From Octopus sinensis (taxonomy: Eukaryota), in assembly GCF_006345805.1 (NCBI RefSeq), contig NC_043005.1:62186001-62250000 (forward strand): DNA of 64,000 nucleotides, written 5' to 3'. Both the position numbers and the translations under genes were made by a program. Positions 38,232 through 51,983 of the stretch are shown piece by piece (positions within the stretch are counted from its first letter, which is position 1; every line of letters starts with the position of its first letter). A model generated the notes under the pieces. The model saw only the letters and a list, made by a program, of their open reading frames with translations. It was not told the origin of the DNA and ran no database searches.

Positions 38232-38445
38232 AAATATTGGTTTCAAATTTTGGCACAAGACCAGCATTTTCAGGGGTTGGAGAGGGAGTAAGTCAATTGC
38301 ATTGACCCCACTTATTTTATTGATCCTGAAAGGATGAAAGGCAAAGTCGGCTGTGATAGAATTTAAACTCAGAATGTAAAGACAGATGAAAATCCAGTAA
38401 ACATTTTGACTGGCATGCTAACAAACCTACTAACTTGCCACCTAT
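38232..38445 (-). mobile_element. Family C SINE copy
   Basis: aatattggtttcaaattttggcacaag tail and gaaaggatgaaaggcaaagtcgg…gaatttaaactcagaatg core. Confidence 0.8.
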
Positions 38446-41400
38446 AAGTGACGACAATATTAGCATACAGGTCTAAACTATAGGAGCAATGACAAAATAT
38501 GTTGTTTTCTTGGAGGTACATTCATTGAATTTAATCATTGAGTAACAATGAATATATTACTGAGTGTTGAGGTCAACAAGTATATGAGACAAAAAAGATG
38601 TTATGTTCATGTCAAGGGGCTGAAATTCTTACAGATCGGAAGAAAAAGTCATGTATAAAGCATGCATACCCACTATTGTATGTAAGATGGTAAGGTAAGT
38701 ACAACATATGCAAAGCATAAAAAGAAACACAGCAGCAAGCTATTCTATACAACATATTAAACTGTTTCTGAGGTTTCAGCTCAGGAGTTTTGGGGAGCAT
38801 GGAGTTAGCCCTAAGTCTTTACCATTCCTTGGTTCATCTGGTCAGGGAGGGCAGCTCTTTCTGTTCAACAGTCCCAGTTATGTGTTAAACAGATGAATAC
38901 GACCCTGTGGCTAAGGCATATAGTACTCAGAGGAGTCAGTCTCTAGATATATGTTATAGAGGCCCACCAATAAGTGGACATAGCTTGATTTTATGCAAAA
39001 CCAGTCCTCCTGCCTAAGGATTACATAAGCCCTGTACTTCAAGGGTAAGTTCTGGATAGCAGGTGGCTGCCAAAGTAAACTCTAGATAAGGTAATGGGAA
39101 ATCAATGCCATATCTTTTCCAAGAAAAGTTATGAAGCTTCAGACTTTGGCTTGGTGGTCCATGACTGCTGATTCCTATAGACATGACACATAAAGCAAGA
39201 GAAAGGGAGTTGTTAGCACTTGTGTTAAAACAAATTTTTGAGATTGGTGTGACAGAATACTAAATGGGACCCCTTTATAAGCTAATAAATCCAGTATGTA
39301 CACAGAATTCTAATACCATAGAATTTTCTACCTAGCAACAGAATGACTGCTTTCTCAATGCATTTTCTTAACTCAGAACTAGGAAAAGATCAGATTGATT
39401 CACAGATTACAGATAAAACATGATTTGATAATGCTTTAATGATAGTTGAAAACTGACTGAAAATTATTAGCTAACATCACCACCAGGCTTACTCCATTGC
39501 AACAGTTTATACCAGGTTTCTGGTCTAAGAATAACTCAGTATCTTGATGTGCTGTTTTACTCTATGACAAATTCTAAGTCTTTCCTCCTTCCTGCTTTTA
39601 TTCCTGTGAGTCTTGGAGGCTCTGCAAATATCATTAATGTTTCCTTGTTCCTCTGACTAAGCCATAAAAAATGTATAAATCATATCTATTGGGATTTGAA
39701 CAATGAAGAAGAAGGCCAAAGAACAGAAAAATTGGGATTTGGAACACAAGAAACAAATGTGGCACAAAATTCTACAGTATATGGGCAATAGCAGCTCTTT
39801 CATAAACCACCTTTCCAGTTACAACAATGCAGTTTTAAGGCAAACATATATTGTCATTTATGACTAAAGGAAGTTTATTATGGATGTCAGATCATTTAAC
39901 AAGCTGTTAAATTCACAATAACTTCATGAATACAGCAAAGTTAAAAGTAAAATAGCAATTATTTTAATGAAAATGAAGATAAGAGTGGTATTAAAATAGC
40001 TAATGCTATACAGAGAAAATTTATTTCATGTTGTAAATATTTGATACACTATTCTAATCTTCCTCAAAATATTTGTATGCAAGTAAACAAATTTACTTTT
40101 GAAATATTGAATCTTCCCCAACTTAAATGTGTAAGTTTTAAAATATTATATTTTAATAGCTATTTTTAATAGGCACAACCTCTTCAACAGTCCCTCAGAA
40201 TATACAGCAGGAATAAAAAAAGAAGGATCTTTGGGGAAGTTTAACACTGAAGTTGGCAGAGTTAATCAGTTTGGTCAAGTAAGAATTAATATTGTCCTTA
40301 TAAAATGTTAATTTTATCTATATCTGTTTATCAATGCTTAATTTATATGGCCTTCTGCAAATTATTTTACTTTACTAAGTGACAGTTTAACCTAAACAGA
40401 AAATATTTGCTAATTTTTTTAACATTTTATGAGGGAGAAGGGTTAATTGCAAGGTTATATCTAGTATTAAAAACATTCAATAAATGCAAATAAACGTTTG
40501 AGTCTGTAGAATGTCTAACTTGTGTCAAAATATAAAATAGAAAATAGAATAGAAAGTATTAACTAAAAAACAAATAAACAAAACAAAAAACCTGCTTTAG
40601 CTTTGACTGCTGGCATTATTTTTATGATTATGATAGGCCATTCCCAGTTTTGAAATGAGTTATGGTGGCATAACAACTTTCCTGTTCTGGAACAGGAATA
40701 TTATATTTGAAAAGTGATATTATTGATGCTACCAACATCAAAGTAGTGTACAGCAAATGTCTGCTCGCTATTTCAAGTATTTTCTTTTTTTAATTAATGG
40801 TTAAAATATTTTTATATTTTCAATACATATTAATGTTTATCAAGCAATACCTTTGATATTTCTTAGAGCTATACATGTATAGCTCTAATGGCAAACTTAC
40901 ACAATATTTGTTAGCTTTTAGCAACAATCACAAATGTCAGTTTATATTTATTAATTAGGTTTCATTTCATTTTATATAGCTAAAACTTCGAGATCACTGT
41001 CAACCTTTTCCTTGTAAAAACAAGAATGATATTCTACTTAAACATATTGAGTAATACTTCAATTAATATTCAACTGTTTTATGTATAACTCTACAAACAA
41101 GCAAACATTAAAACACAGAGACATATATTTATATGTCTTTAGAAGAAACTGAAGAGTCATACCATTGCAGTTCAGAGCCTCTTGCTGCATTGCAATCATT
41201 CAAGCAATAAAAAGATTTTCCTTTCTGTTGCTTCAATGACAGAGTGAATCATCAGCTCCTTCTAAATAAATAACTTCTACTATATGTAATAAGTACATTT
41301 TCTCATTTGTACACCCACTTGCATGTGTGAGCATGCACACACACACACATTATGCACATATTCACCCCCCCACCCATGAAACTATACATACATTATACAT

Positions 41401-41501
41401 ATACATATTATATATATATATATAATTATATATATGCATCTATATCAATATGTATGTGTGTATATATATATATACACATTACATATAATAAATAATTATA
41501 T

Positions 41502-41535
<34 letters not shown>

Positions 41536-41841
41536 AATCCCCAAAAAGAACACCAAACAGAATAAAACAACAATTCAAGGATGTGGCACATGTAAAGTAT
41601 TAGCAGACTCTCAGGGAAGGAAAGAAAGATGTTTTAACGTTTTGAGCAATGCTCTTCTTCAGAAACAGAGGGAAGTCCAGTAGAAAGGAAGATGGAGGTA
41701 GAAAATTGCTAACAATTCACATGTGGTTACATTTGTACATGTATATGTAGATATGTATGTATGTATGTATGTATCTATCTGTCTATATATGTATACATAC
41801 ATATACATACACACACACACACATATATATATATACATATT

Positions 41842-42505
41842 ATCACCATCGTTTAACGTCCGTTTTCCATGCTAGCACAGGTCGAACGGTTTGACCGGGG
41901 TCTGGGAAGCCAGGAGGCTGCACCAGGCTCCAGTCTGATCTGGCAGTGTTTCTATAGCTGGATACCAACCACTCGCGGCCACAATCGGTTGGTGCTTTTT
42001 ATGTGCCGCCAGCACAGATATCATAACTACAATTACCATTTGATATTTACTTTGTTGTTGATGTACTTGACTCAATAGGTTTCCTCAAGCACAGCAGGTC
42101 GTTCTGCAATCCATATATATATACATATATATATATATCATCATCATTATCAACATTTAACATCCATTGTCCATGCTGGCATGGGTTGGATGATTTGACC
42201 AGAGCTGGTAAGCTGCACCAGACTCCAGTCTGATTGTGCATGGTTTCTATGGCTGAATGCTCTTCCTAACATCGACCATTCTGAGAGTGCAATGGGTGCT
42301 TTTACATGCCACTGACATTGGTATCATTTGCATGACACCAGTATTTGCTATGATTTTTTATTTTATTTGGTTTAATGGGTCTTCTTCTCAAGCACAGCAT
42401 AATGCCAAAGGTCTCAGTTATTCATCATTGCCTCCGTGAGGCCTGACACTTGAAAGGTGCTTTTCATGAGCCACCAGCATCAGCCACAACTACAGTTTCA
42501 CTTGG
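41842..42505 (-). repeat. Two family A copies (41842-42020 internally deleted; ~42138-42505 older)
   Basis: Tails atcaccatcgtttaacgtccg and (atc)n…tttaacatccattgtccatgctggcatgggttgg. Confidence 0.8.
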
Positions 42506-42983
42506 CTTGCACATACACACATGTATACAATTATGTGCTTTGACTGCAGCATTAGAGACATTTAGCCCTTATTTCTAGCAATGTCGGTGTTTTTAACACC
42601 CTCTGTCATATTTAATGACGATTATAGTTTTCCCTTTTAGTACACACACACACACATGTGTGTGTTTGTGTGTGTGTGCGTATAAGCATACACCTGCATA
42701 TTACTAGTTAGAAAGAGATTATGATACAAAAATTAGATTGTCTACTTTCATAAAAGTGTGTCTCTCTCTCCCACTATGACATCAAATGAGGCATTTAAGT
42801 TATGGCTCTCCCACCATCAACTGATTTCCTAACCAGTTCTTTCATGTGTTGTTTGGTTTTCCTCTGCCATAGGTAACTTCTTTTGTTAGCATACAATACT
42901 TTACATGTAACTGGGGTGCCATCTCTATCACATTTCCACACAAGTGCAGCCATCTGCCTTTTCAGTTTCTAAACATTTGCTAT

Positions 42984-44238
42984 TGTTACGGAATCACCCG
43001 TCGTCGCCCGTCCCGAACAGCTTACACAAGTTCCGCCACGGAACCCAAAGAGGCGGAGAGAGGAGATACAGATAGATACTGCCACAACCTCAACAGCACA
43101 GAGATACAGAGGCACAACCCGAGATACAACCCAAAGAGGCAAGGCAACAACTGGCAACACTGGCTTATATTCAAACAACAGTTTATACGACAATCAATTG
43201 CTACACATCAAATACATTTAAGGCAAACAACAAATCAATACATCATACGGTACACCACAGATCAAAGCATTTAACAACATGCATGTAACAATATAACAGT
43301 GTTCAGTAACGACACAACAAGTCCAGATCAAATAATGTTCACGATACGTCACAGTCCAATCAGAACACTTCGATACATTATACAATGTTCGTATCACAAC
43401 AGTTCACGTTACAATTCAACAAGTCCTTTACTCAATTCACAATGTTCTTTATCGACTACATCGACAGAGTCCTTCTTTTTCTCTCTTCTTTTCTTTTACA
43501 TCGTGACACATATCAATGCACAACACATACCTTAATTCCTAACTGAATCGCCAGTGTCCCATTCTGCACTCATCTCTTAATACTGCTAAATCCTCTGAAT
43601 ACTCTGCTAATTCCCCTCTGTGCATATTCCAATCGCTTGCTCCTAGGCCTCCTCGCATCCCAGCTCGCTCCCAGGAATTCCAACGCTTGCTCCTTAAATC
43701 CAAGGTTCCATCTACTCGCTCTGACCTCCAGAGTCCGTCTGTCTTCCTCGAGGGCCGGCCAGCGACTACAGGATCCGTCTGTGTTCCTCGACGACCGCTC
43801 AACGACTGCCCTTCTTGACGACCAGCTACCAACTACCCAGATCCGTCCTTCCTGACGACCAACTGCGAACTACCAGACCTCACTTCGTCTCTGTCCTTCT
43901 TCCACTCCCCTCATCTCCCTCTGTCTATATCGCTCTTACCCTTTCTAACTGCCCTGGTCCTTATACCCTATCTATATCGCCTGCTGTCTCTTAGCCTCTC
44001 CATCCGTCCCTTTAGCCTTATACTCTATCTCTATTTGCTCTCAGCCCTTAATCTGTCTTCCTCTTTACTTCTTCAAGGGGTGCTCAGAATGACCTCCAAT
44101 CGACCGCACAAGGTCAGAAAGGTCCCTCCAAAACCCATTAGTCTTCCGTGAACAAAAGACTGTCACTTTTCTACTAGACATGCCGGAACCATAATTCCAA
44201 TGTGGGTCACCGGGAAATGTACCAGCTAAAACGTAACA
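42984..44238 (-). mobile_element. Solo LTR (Gypsy-like), 1,255 bp, with 4-bp TSD
   Basis: Termini TGTTACG…CGTAACA (7-bp inverted repeat). TSD CTAT at 42980-42983 and 44239-44242. CpG-rich, no coding capacity. Orientation inferred only from a TATA-like ggtataagg on the minus strand (~43960). Confidence 0.88.
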
Positions 44239-45694
44239 CTATGTTAATTAATCTCTTAGTAATTAAGAAAAGAAAATGATTATTTGTGTAAGATTACTTC
44301 ACCTGAGATGAGTCTGTTCAGAAAACCAAAACTAATTTGTAAACAAGTGCAAAGCTACAGTCATATTTTACTACAACAATAGCAGTAACAGAAATATAAC
44401 TACTTGGAACAGTCATCAATATCACAGAGGCACAAAAGGAGATTGTAGAAGAACTTAGGCTAACAATATCAGTGTTAATTGCATCACTAATTAATATTCC
44501 CTCTTCTTTCAATCTTAGTACAGTTTATATCTTCTGGCTGACTTTCATAGTTAGCAGCATGTTCAGTAGGATATATGTTTCCTAATGATAGTAATTTGAG
44601 CAAGAAATAAGAATTGTGGAACCCATGTTTTTCCAAAGTCCATTACAACTCCAGAGCAATGAAATAATTAATGTTGACTGGTAATAAAAAATGGATTGTA
44701 GACTTAAAAAATTTTTAGAGCTTACATTTTATTTTTTACTATACTTAAATTATAGTTCTGATAAAATGTATTTTTCTGAATAAATGTTTAGATCAAAGCA
44801 TTATAAGCCAACTCAATAGTGCTCAACCCACAGTACAGGATGTTGGACGAATGAGGTCTTGTGCTAGTTAAGTTATGAAACCCTTGATTTTGAACGTCAG
44901 GCATACATGCTCAGGAAATTCATCGTTAAAATTTGGGGTTGGGGTTGGGGAAGAAGATGGGCTCCACCGCCCTGCCACTGGTCAACAGGGCCCTGTGCTT
45001 AAGCACACCTAAGCACAATAGTAAATCTGGCACTGTCAACCCTATAGACTTAGGATCATAAATCTGGAGCTTAACATGGCTTCCATGGCATATAATTGAC
45101 TGGTATTACAACACTCTTCATCTGAATGTGACACTAAGCCATCACAAGGTTGACTTCCAAGCTAATACTGGAACTCATTTATAGCTGAGTGGAGTGCAGG
45201 AATGTGAAATGAAGAGTTTTGCTCAAGAACACAATGCCTTGCTCAGTCAAAGAATTGAAACCACTATCTTATGATCATGAGTGTAATACCCTAACCACTA
45301 GGCTATGTGCCTATACAACATGAAATAAGTTTACAGTGAGCTGAATCACAGAACAATTTTGACTCCTCTTATTAGTTTTTTTGTGGTAACTATTGAGTAA
45401 TTAGGATGATATAGTGTTTTGTTGGTTCCTATTACTTGTAATATGTTAGTGAGTAGAGACTAGACAATTAGTCAATTGTATTTTTTCAAAGCAGTATCTA
45501 CAAATACAGCAGCTGTGGTTGCTCTTCATATATAAACAAGCAGATAAGATATACTTTGAGTTAAAATTCTGTTTTTCTTAATGCTTCTAAAGTAGACATA
45601 AGTTAAAGTGACTGTTTAACTAGCTGCATACATTACACATAAAAAACAAGTCTTGTAGATAGTCATCTCCATCCCACCCTACCCCCCAAAAGTG

Positions 45695-45903
45695 GAGTCT
45701 AGGATATTTACCCCCACTCCATGGATAATAATCCCCCAAGGACAATTACCTCTGAGGACCACAGATGATGATTTAAAACTTCTTAATATACTGGAGAAGT
45801 GGATTATTAACCAAGGGGGTAAGTGACTTAGGGAGTAGTTGTCGTCAGGGAGAATTGTTCTACGGGGGTGTAATTGTTCTAGTGGGGTGACTGTCCTGAT
45901 ACA
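45695..45903. mobile_element. Small DNA-transposon-like element with inverted subterminal ggacaattaccc/gggtaattgtcc-type repeats
   Basis: Left gtctaggatatttacccc and ggacaattacc; right ggagaattgttc, ggtgtaattgttc and ggggtgactgtcctgatac. Confidence 0.4.
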
Positions 45904-46117
45904 AAAAAGAGTACTGTAAAAACTATAAACTAAAGATCTTAAATACTATCGCATTGCATATATAAAATTTGTTTTTGGTAATTAGGAAACAAGGTGGTTC
46001 TATGATAAGAAGGTAAGAAGTTTGCTTCCCAACCACATGGTTCCGGTTTCAGTTCCACTGAACATACACTGGGTATGTGTAACCTACGATAGCCTTGAGT
46101 TGACCAAAGCCTTGTCA

Positions 46118-46520
46118 GGCGCAGGAGTGGCTGTGTGGTAAGTAGTTTGTTTACCAACCACATGGTTCCGGGTTCAGTCCCACTGCGTGGCACCTTGGGC
46201 AAGTGTCTTCTACTATAGCCTCGGGCCGACCAAAGCCTTGTGAGTGGATTTGGTAGATGGAAACTGAAAGAAGCCCGTCGTATATATGTATATATATGCA
46301 TGTGTGTGTTTGTGTGTCTGTATTTGTCCCCCTAGCATTGCTTGACAACCGATGCTGGTGTGTTTATGTCCCCGGTACTTAGCGGTTCGGCAAAAGAGAC
46401 CGATAGAATGAGTACTGGGCTTACAAAAGAATAAGTCCTGGGGTCGAGTTGCTCGATTAAAGGCGATGCTCCAGCATGGCCGCAGTCAAATGACTGAAAC
46501 AAGTAAAAGAGTAAAGAGAG
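46118..46520 (+). mobile_element. Young full-length family B SINE nested in an older family B copy (~46000-46117 and ~46521-46762)
   Basis: ggcgcaggag TGGCTGTGTGG (A box) … GGTTCAGTCCC (B box) … cttgggcaagtgtctt … (gtaaaaga)n tail; CpGs retained. Confidence 0.92.
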
Positions 46521-46817
46521 ATATGGTCAACAGGAAGAACTCTTAGTGTGTGTGTGTTTGCACCAGTGTTTGTGCCACACTACTGCTTGATATCTGATGT
46601 TGGTTTGTTTACATATCTGTAACTTAAGTAGTTCAACAAAAGACCAATAGAATAGCTTATCAAAAATATGGTCAGTACTGGGGTTGATTCATTTGACTAA
46701 AATTCTTCAAAGTCATGCCCCAGCATGGCCACAGTCTAATGACTGGAACAACTAAAAGATAACAGATATAATAAAAATGTCTAACAGACTCATCTTGTAT
46801 TTGATTTTAATCATATA

Positions 46818-47183
46818 GGCGCAGGAGTGGCTGTGTGGTAAGTAGCTTGCTAACCAACCACATGGTTCTGGGTTCAGTCCCACTGCGTGGCATCTTGGGC
46901 AAGTGTCTTCTGCTATAGCCCCGGGCCGACCAATGCCTTGTGAGTGGATTTGGTAAACGGAAACTGAAACTGTGTGTTTGTGTTTGTCCCCCTGGCATTG
47001 CTTGACAACCGATGCTGGTGTGTTTACGTCTCCATCACTTAGCGGTTCGGCAAAAGAGACCGATAGAATAAGTACTGGGCTTACAAAGAATAAGTCCCGG
47101 GATCGATTTGCTCGACTAAAGGTGGTGCTCCAGCATGGCTGCAGTCAAATGACTGAAACAAGTAAAAGAGAGTAAGTAAAAAG
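46818..47183 (+). mobile_element. Young full-length family B SINE
   Basis: Same head, A/B boxes and tail as the 46118 copy. Confidence 0.92.
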
Positions 47184-47336
47184 ATGTAAATTTTCTACTT
47201 TTCACTTTTCAGACATTGCTAATATGCCACCCAAAGATAATCAGAGATGTTACCAATTGAAATTTTGTGAAAATCAAGTAGATGAATCAAACTAATCATT
47301 ACAAGATGTTTTTTTTTTTTTTCAAATGGAACTTAC

Positions 47337-47411
47337 CTTGCCCTCTCGTGTTAAACCCTTCTCATTATTTGCAGGAAAAAGCTTTAAAGTAACTGGTCCA
47401 CTGAATTTGGC
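47337..47411 (-). CDS. MPP7: MPP7-like coding exon: C-terminal end of PDZ domain plus PDZ-SH3 linker
   Basis: Acceptor tttctcttttcag|GCC (AG at 47412-47413) and consensus donor AAG|gtaagt (47331-47336). 75 nt, phase 0-0, encoding AKFSGPVTLKLFPANNEKGLTREGK, colinear with vertebrate MPP7 [25 protein letters not shown] as recalled. Phase is compatible with the SH3 exon. Confidence 0.88.
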
Positions 47412-47539
47412 CTGAAAAGAGAAAGAAAGAATCACTTGTAATATAACAGAACTGACTATCATTATGAAACAAACTTTTAATCTGTTTGCTTTTACAACGT
47501 TGCTGCTGTGCCACAAATATTTAATATTAATTTCATTAA

Positions 47540-48040
47540 CAAGGTGGTGAGCTTGCAGAATTGTTAGCATGCAAAGCAAAATATTTAGCAGCATTTTGTC
47601 TGTCTTTACATTCTGAGTTCAAATTCCATGGAGGTCTACTTTGCCTTTCATCCTTTCAGGGTCAATAAAATAATTGCCAGTTGAGCATTGGAATTGAAGT
47701 AATTGACTTAACCCTGAAATTGCTGGCCTTGTGCCAAAATTTGAAACCAATATTAGTTACATTAAAGTTAGCTAACTTCAAAAATTAATAGGTTTCTTAA
47801 AGATTAATCAACAATGTATTCAATGTTTTAGAATTTTCAAATGTGGTGAGTTAGTAGAATTGTTAATACACCAGTGGCATTTTGTCTGTCTTTGTGTTCT
47901 GAGTTCAAATTCTGCCAAGGTCAACCGTGTCTTTCAGGGATCAATAAAATAAGTGCCAGTTGTGCACTGGGGTTGATGTAATTGACTTTTCCCCACTTTC
48001 CCAAAATTGTTGGCCTTGTGCCAGAAACCTGAAACTAATA
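47540..48040 (+). mobile_element. Two family C SINE copies (~47540-47752, ~47845-48040)
   Basis: ttctgagttcaaatt(c)c…ctttgcctttcatcctttcagggtcaataaaataa…ggccttgtgcc in both. Confidence 0.8.
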
Positions 48041-49254
48041 TTTTAGAAATTTCAAAAAAAAAAAAAAATCAAAAGATTATCAAATACATTTCTTGTTCCA
48101 TGATATGTAATTTTATATGTGATTTTATCAACAGGTTTTGACATAGTAAATGAAAATATATGAATAATACAAATAAGAAGGTGACCAATCATGAGGATTT
48201 TACAAAAACTATATTCACTCAATAGTTAGGCTCTAAGAAACATAAACTTTGAGCTTCTAAAAAATGTAAATATTAAGCATGATTAAAACAGTTTAAATGT
48301 CTGAAAAGATGTGTTGTTAATATGGATATGATTTTTATGAATGTTAGCCCCATCTTTAGAGAAAGGAAATATTAAAAAATTTGTATGATCTGTTGATTTG
48401 TGTCAAATCCTTCAATGCATGCCAGTATAGAATACTGATGATGATGATGAAGATGATGATTAATATGTTTTGATTGATTAAACAGCTGATAATCATCATT
48501 GTCTGTTTCATTTACACAAGTCAAGAGATAAGAAAATTATTTCCCTTAATTTAGAAATAAAGATCATAACTAGTCCAGTACCTTGTACACATCCAGAAAT
48601 AAGTCACCAGAAGACAAGTGGACATTAAGCTGATCAAAATTTCATGAAGTGGTAAATATTATAATATCACCCTCCCCCCACCTCACCTTTAAAATGTGGT
48701 TAATAGTGAAAAGAATAATTGTATTAACCTCCAAATTATAATTATAAGTGCAGAAATGCACATTATGGTGGACTGTGATACTGAAATCATGTCAAAATCT
48801 AATGGTAATGAAGAAACCCATGGCTACTGTGTTGTAAACAGATGAACCTGCTATATTCCTATACGTTCTAATTTGTATATATATAAAACACTTGTTGCGT
48901 TTTACATGTTTAATAGAGAACACTACCTATTCTACATAGTACTAAATACACTGTGGTAGCTCTAAAGCATGTCATCAACTTCATGTTATTAGTTTGCAAA
49001 TATCTATATCATATGTGGATCATGGGTGGGTTGTGTGTTCAAACTTGTCTTGGTATATTTGATCTAATCACTTTAAGAATACTGAAGTAATAGTTGTTTT
49101 AGGTTTCCACTTATATTTTTACCATGTTTCCCTCCCATTTTTTTTTTAGCTGTATTTTAAAGAAGGTATCTCTTTCTACCTTTTGGGACCAAGATATATT
49201 GAGCTAAAAGCCAAGAAGGGAATTGACAGAAATTATTACCAAGAGTTGGATACA

Positions 49255-49445
49255 AGTCTAAAAAGACACTGTCTTCAAGCCAACTGTGCATCTACAGTCA
49301 TTTTAACTTGCTAGAAATAACATCCAAATTTTCTTTAAATCATATCCTACTATCTTAAAAAAGATAAATACACATCTCATGTTATGCTATATAACTTTAT
49401 GTCTGAACAATAGGTGGAATAGCCATAGATGAATTGTCCTTTGAT
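49255..49445 (+). repeat. Dispersed repeat family E fragment (also ~55375-55525, ~35230-35300, ~60310-60480, ~61020-61200 in reverse)
   Basis: Shared motif gctagaaataacatccaaat…aaatca…cctact.tcttaaaaaa. Confidence 0.55.
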
Positions 49446-50127
49446 AATATTTCCAAAATATAATTCCAAACCATATATCTACACCAATATTTCTCCATAG
49501 CATCACATATTACTGTAGTAAATTAACAGAAACACCAACTTTCAATAACTGGTTTGAAACATTCCTGTTAATTTTACATTCCTAAAATCTTTGGGTAAGA
49601 CAATCATAAGTTCTTTCTTCTTCCCTAAACTTTTGATTTTATTGCCTACTTTATAAGAAACAATTACCTCCTGTCAAGGAAAAGACTAATAAACCAATTG
49701 AGATTTCATAAATCAGAAGATAAGATCTCTGTTATATATTTATTACCTCTGAAATATATATAAGAGATTGATTATTATTTCTTTCTGTAGCTTCAATCCA
49801 TAGAATATCTGAGAAATAATTAAGTCTTCTTTATATTTATCCTTTCAATCTAACATTCACAGTATAATTAGTGACTAAATGGAATTGCCTTATAGCATTT
49901 ATTTTCCTTTTTTAAAAATTTATTTATTATTATTATCATATTTTCTAATTATTATCTCTTAGATACACTAATTTTATTTCATAATAGTGTGGAGCAATAT
50001 CTCACTTTCATGAATTGTGTAGTTTCCATTTTAACAGGCAATGGTGAGAAATAAAAGAAATACACTTACTAAAGTTGCCTTTCTTCTTTTATAATTCTTT
50101 TTTTGTACTTAATTTATATGGCTCTAA

Positions 50128-50522
50128 TAATCCTTTCTACTATAGACACAAGACCTGAATTTTTTTTTGTGGGGGGTGGGTTAAGTCAATTACTCAACTG
50201 GTACTTAATTTATCGACCCTAAAAGGATGAAAGGCAAAGTTGGCTTTGGCAGAATTTGAACTCAGCACGTAGTGGCAGACAAAATACCTATTTATTTACT
50301 ACCCACAAGGGGCTACACACAGAGGGGACAAATAAAGACAGACAAACAGATTAAGTCGATTATATCGACCCCAGTGTGTAACTGGTACTTATTTAATTGG
50401 CCCCGAAAGGATGAAAGGCAAAGTTGACCTTGGCGGAATTTGAACTCAGAACGTAGCGGCAGACAAAATACCGCTAAGCATTTTGTCTAGTATGTTAATG
50501 ATTCTGCCAGCTTGCTGTCTTG
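50128..50522 (-). mobile_element. Long-form family C SINE with internally duplicated core
   Basis: aaggatgaaaggcaaagtt…gaatttgaactcag.acgtag.ggcagacaaaatacc occurs at ~50223 and ~50407. Confidence 0.88.
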
Positions 50523-51094
50523 ATATGGCTGTAAATAATAACAGCAGGAGATATTTGTTCTGAAAGAACCAGAATGTTGTACTAAAATGTTCATTAATAT
50601 ATCATGCTGTACACGTAACCATAATTAATGGACATGTAATGTTAATATCTCAGGAAGGTTGAGAGCAAGCAAGTTAAGTAAGTGGATGTACATGAAAGTT
50701 AATATTTTCAGTGGAGATTACTGACTTGTTTGGTAAAGTAATATAAGTGGAGGATTAACATGGTTTAAAAGGTGCAGCATGCTGAAGTTGAAGGATTTCC
50801 ATACCAAAAATTATATCTATATTAATAAATGTGAAATTCTGTCTGTTTGGGACCCCTGTATCTCAGTCTAAATTTGCTCTACATAGACATATTATACCGT
50901 TTTGGAATCAGGATGACCCCAAGATTGAAAATTTGCCCTTCATTTGGTTCTTGAACACCCAGCATTGGGATCTGATTTAAAAGCATTTGGGTTGCTATTT
51001 CTAGCAAATAAAGTGACTGTGAGAAGTTTCAGTGACACAGTACAAGAGTTCCTCTCTTAGCTTAAAGTTTTACAAAAGAATATAGTGGTTCTTT

Positions 51095-51296
51095 TATCTT
51101 TTTCAGTCATCAGACTGTGGTCAAGCTGGGGCACCATCTTGAAGAATTTTAATCGAACAAATCAACACTAGTTCTTTCTTTTTTATTCCTGGCACTTTTT
51201 TTTTATTGGTCTCCTTTACCAAACTGCTAAGATATATGAATGTAAACATACCAACACCAGTTATCAAGCAGTGGTGGGAGACAAACACAAAGCCAC

Positions 51297-51300
<4 letters not shown>
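51095..51300 (-). mobile_element. Partial family B SINE (3' half)
   Basis: cagtcatcagactgtggtcaagctggggcaccatcttgaag…aaactgctaag…gtgggagacaaacac. Confidence 0.75.
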
Positions 51301-51345
<45 letters not shown>

Positions 51346-51534
51346 CTCTATTTTGCAGAAAAAAGTGTTGGTGGCCGCCAACACTTCTGCAAAATAGGGG
51401 GTAGCTTATCCTGTTCAGGCTATATTATTAGCATTACCCTGCGTTTGAGAATTTAACTTTCTAAGACATCTCAACTCTTCTAAAGCAAAGTTTGTTTGTT
51501 TTGTTTACAATCATCTTAATTTGAATTTAATATC

Positions 51535-51576
51535 TATATCTATCTATCTATCTATCTATATATATATATATATATA

Positions 51577-51608
<32 letters not shown>

Positions 51609-51635
51609 ATATATATATGTGTTTATATATAAGTG

Positions 51636-51694
<59 letters not shown>

Positions 51695-51727
51695 ATGTAT
51701 GTATATATATATATATACATATATATA
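51535..51727. repeat. Compound (TCTA)n/(TA)n/(TG)n microsatellite
   Basis: Direct reading. Confidence 0.95.
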
Positions 51728-51941
51728 CTCTCTCTCTTTTACTCTTTTACTTGTTTCAGTCAGTTGACTGCGGCCATGCTGGAGCACCGCCTTTCGTCGA
51801 GCAACTCGACCCCGGGACTTATTCTTTGTAAGCCCAGTACTTATTCTATCGGTCTCTTTTGCTGAACCGCTAAGTGACAGGGACATAAACACACCAGCAT
51901 CAGTTGTCAAGCAATGCTAGGGGGACAAACACAGACACGCA

Positions 51942-51983
<42 letters not shown>

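Larger units (their letters stand above)
31606..47336 (-). other. 15,731-bp GT-AG intron between the PDZ-linker and SH3 exons
   Basis: Defined by the two exons. Filled with TEs. Additional small exons inside it cannot be excluded. Confidence 0.8.

Noticed and set aside
39085-39195. RTE/BovB-like SINE tail (ggtaatgggaaatcaatgccatatcttttccaagaaaag)
   Set aside because: Too degenerate to define boundaries or family from this window alone.
50816-50990. Helitron-like 5' end (A|TCTATATTAATAAA…ctgtctgt)
   Set aside because: No convincing 3' hairpin-CTRR end was found, so it is not supported as an element.
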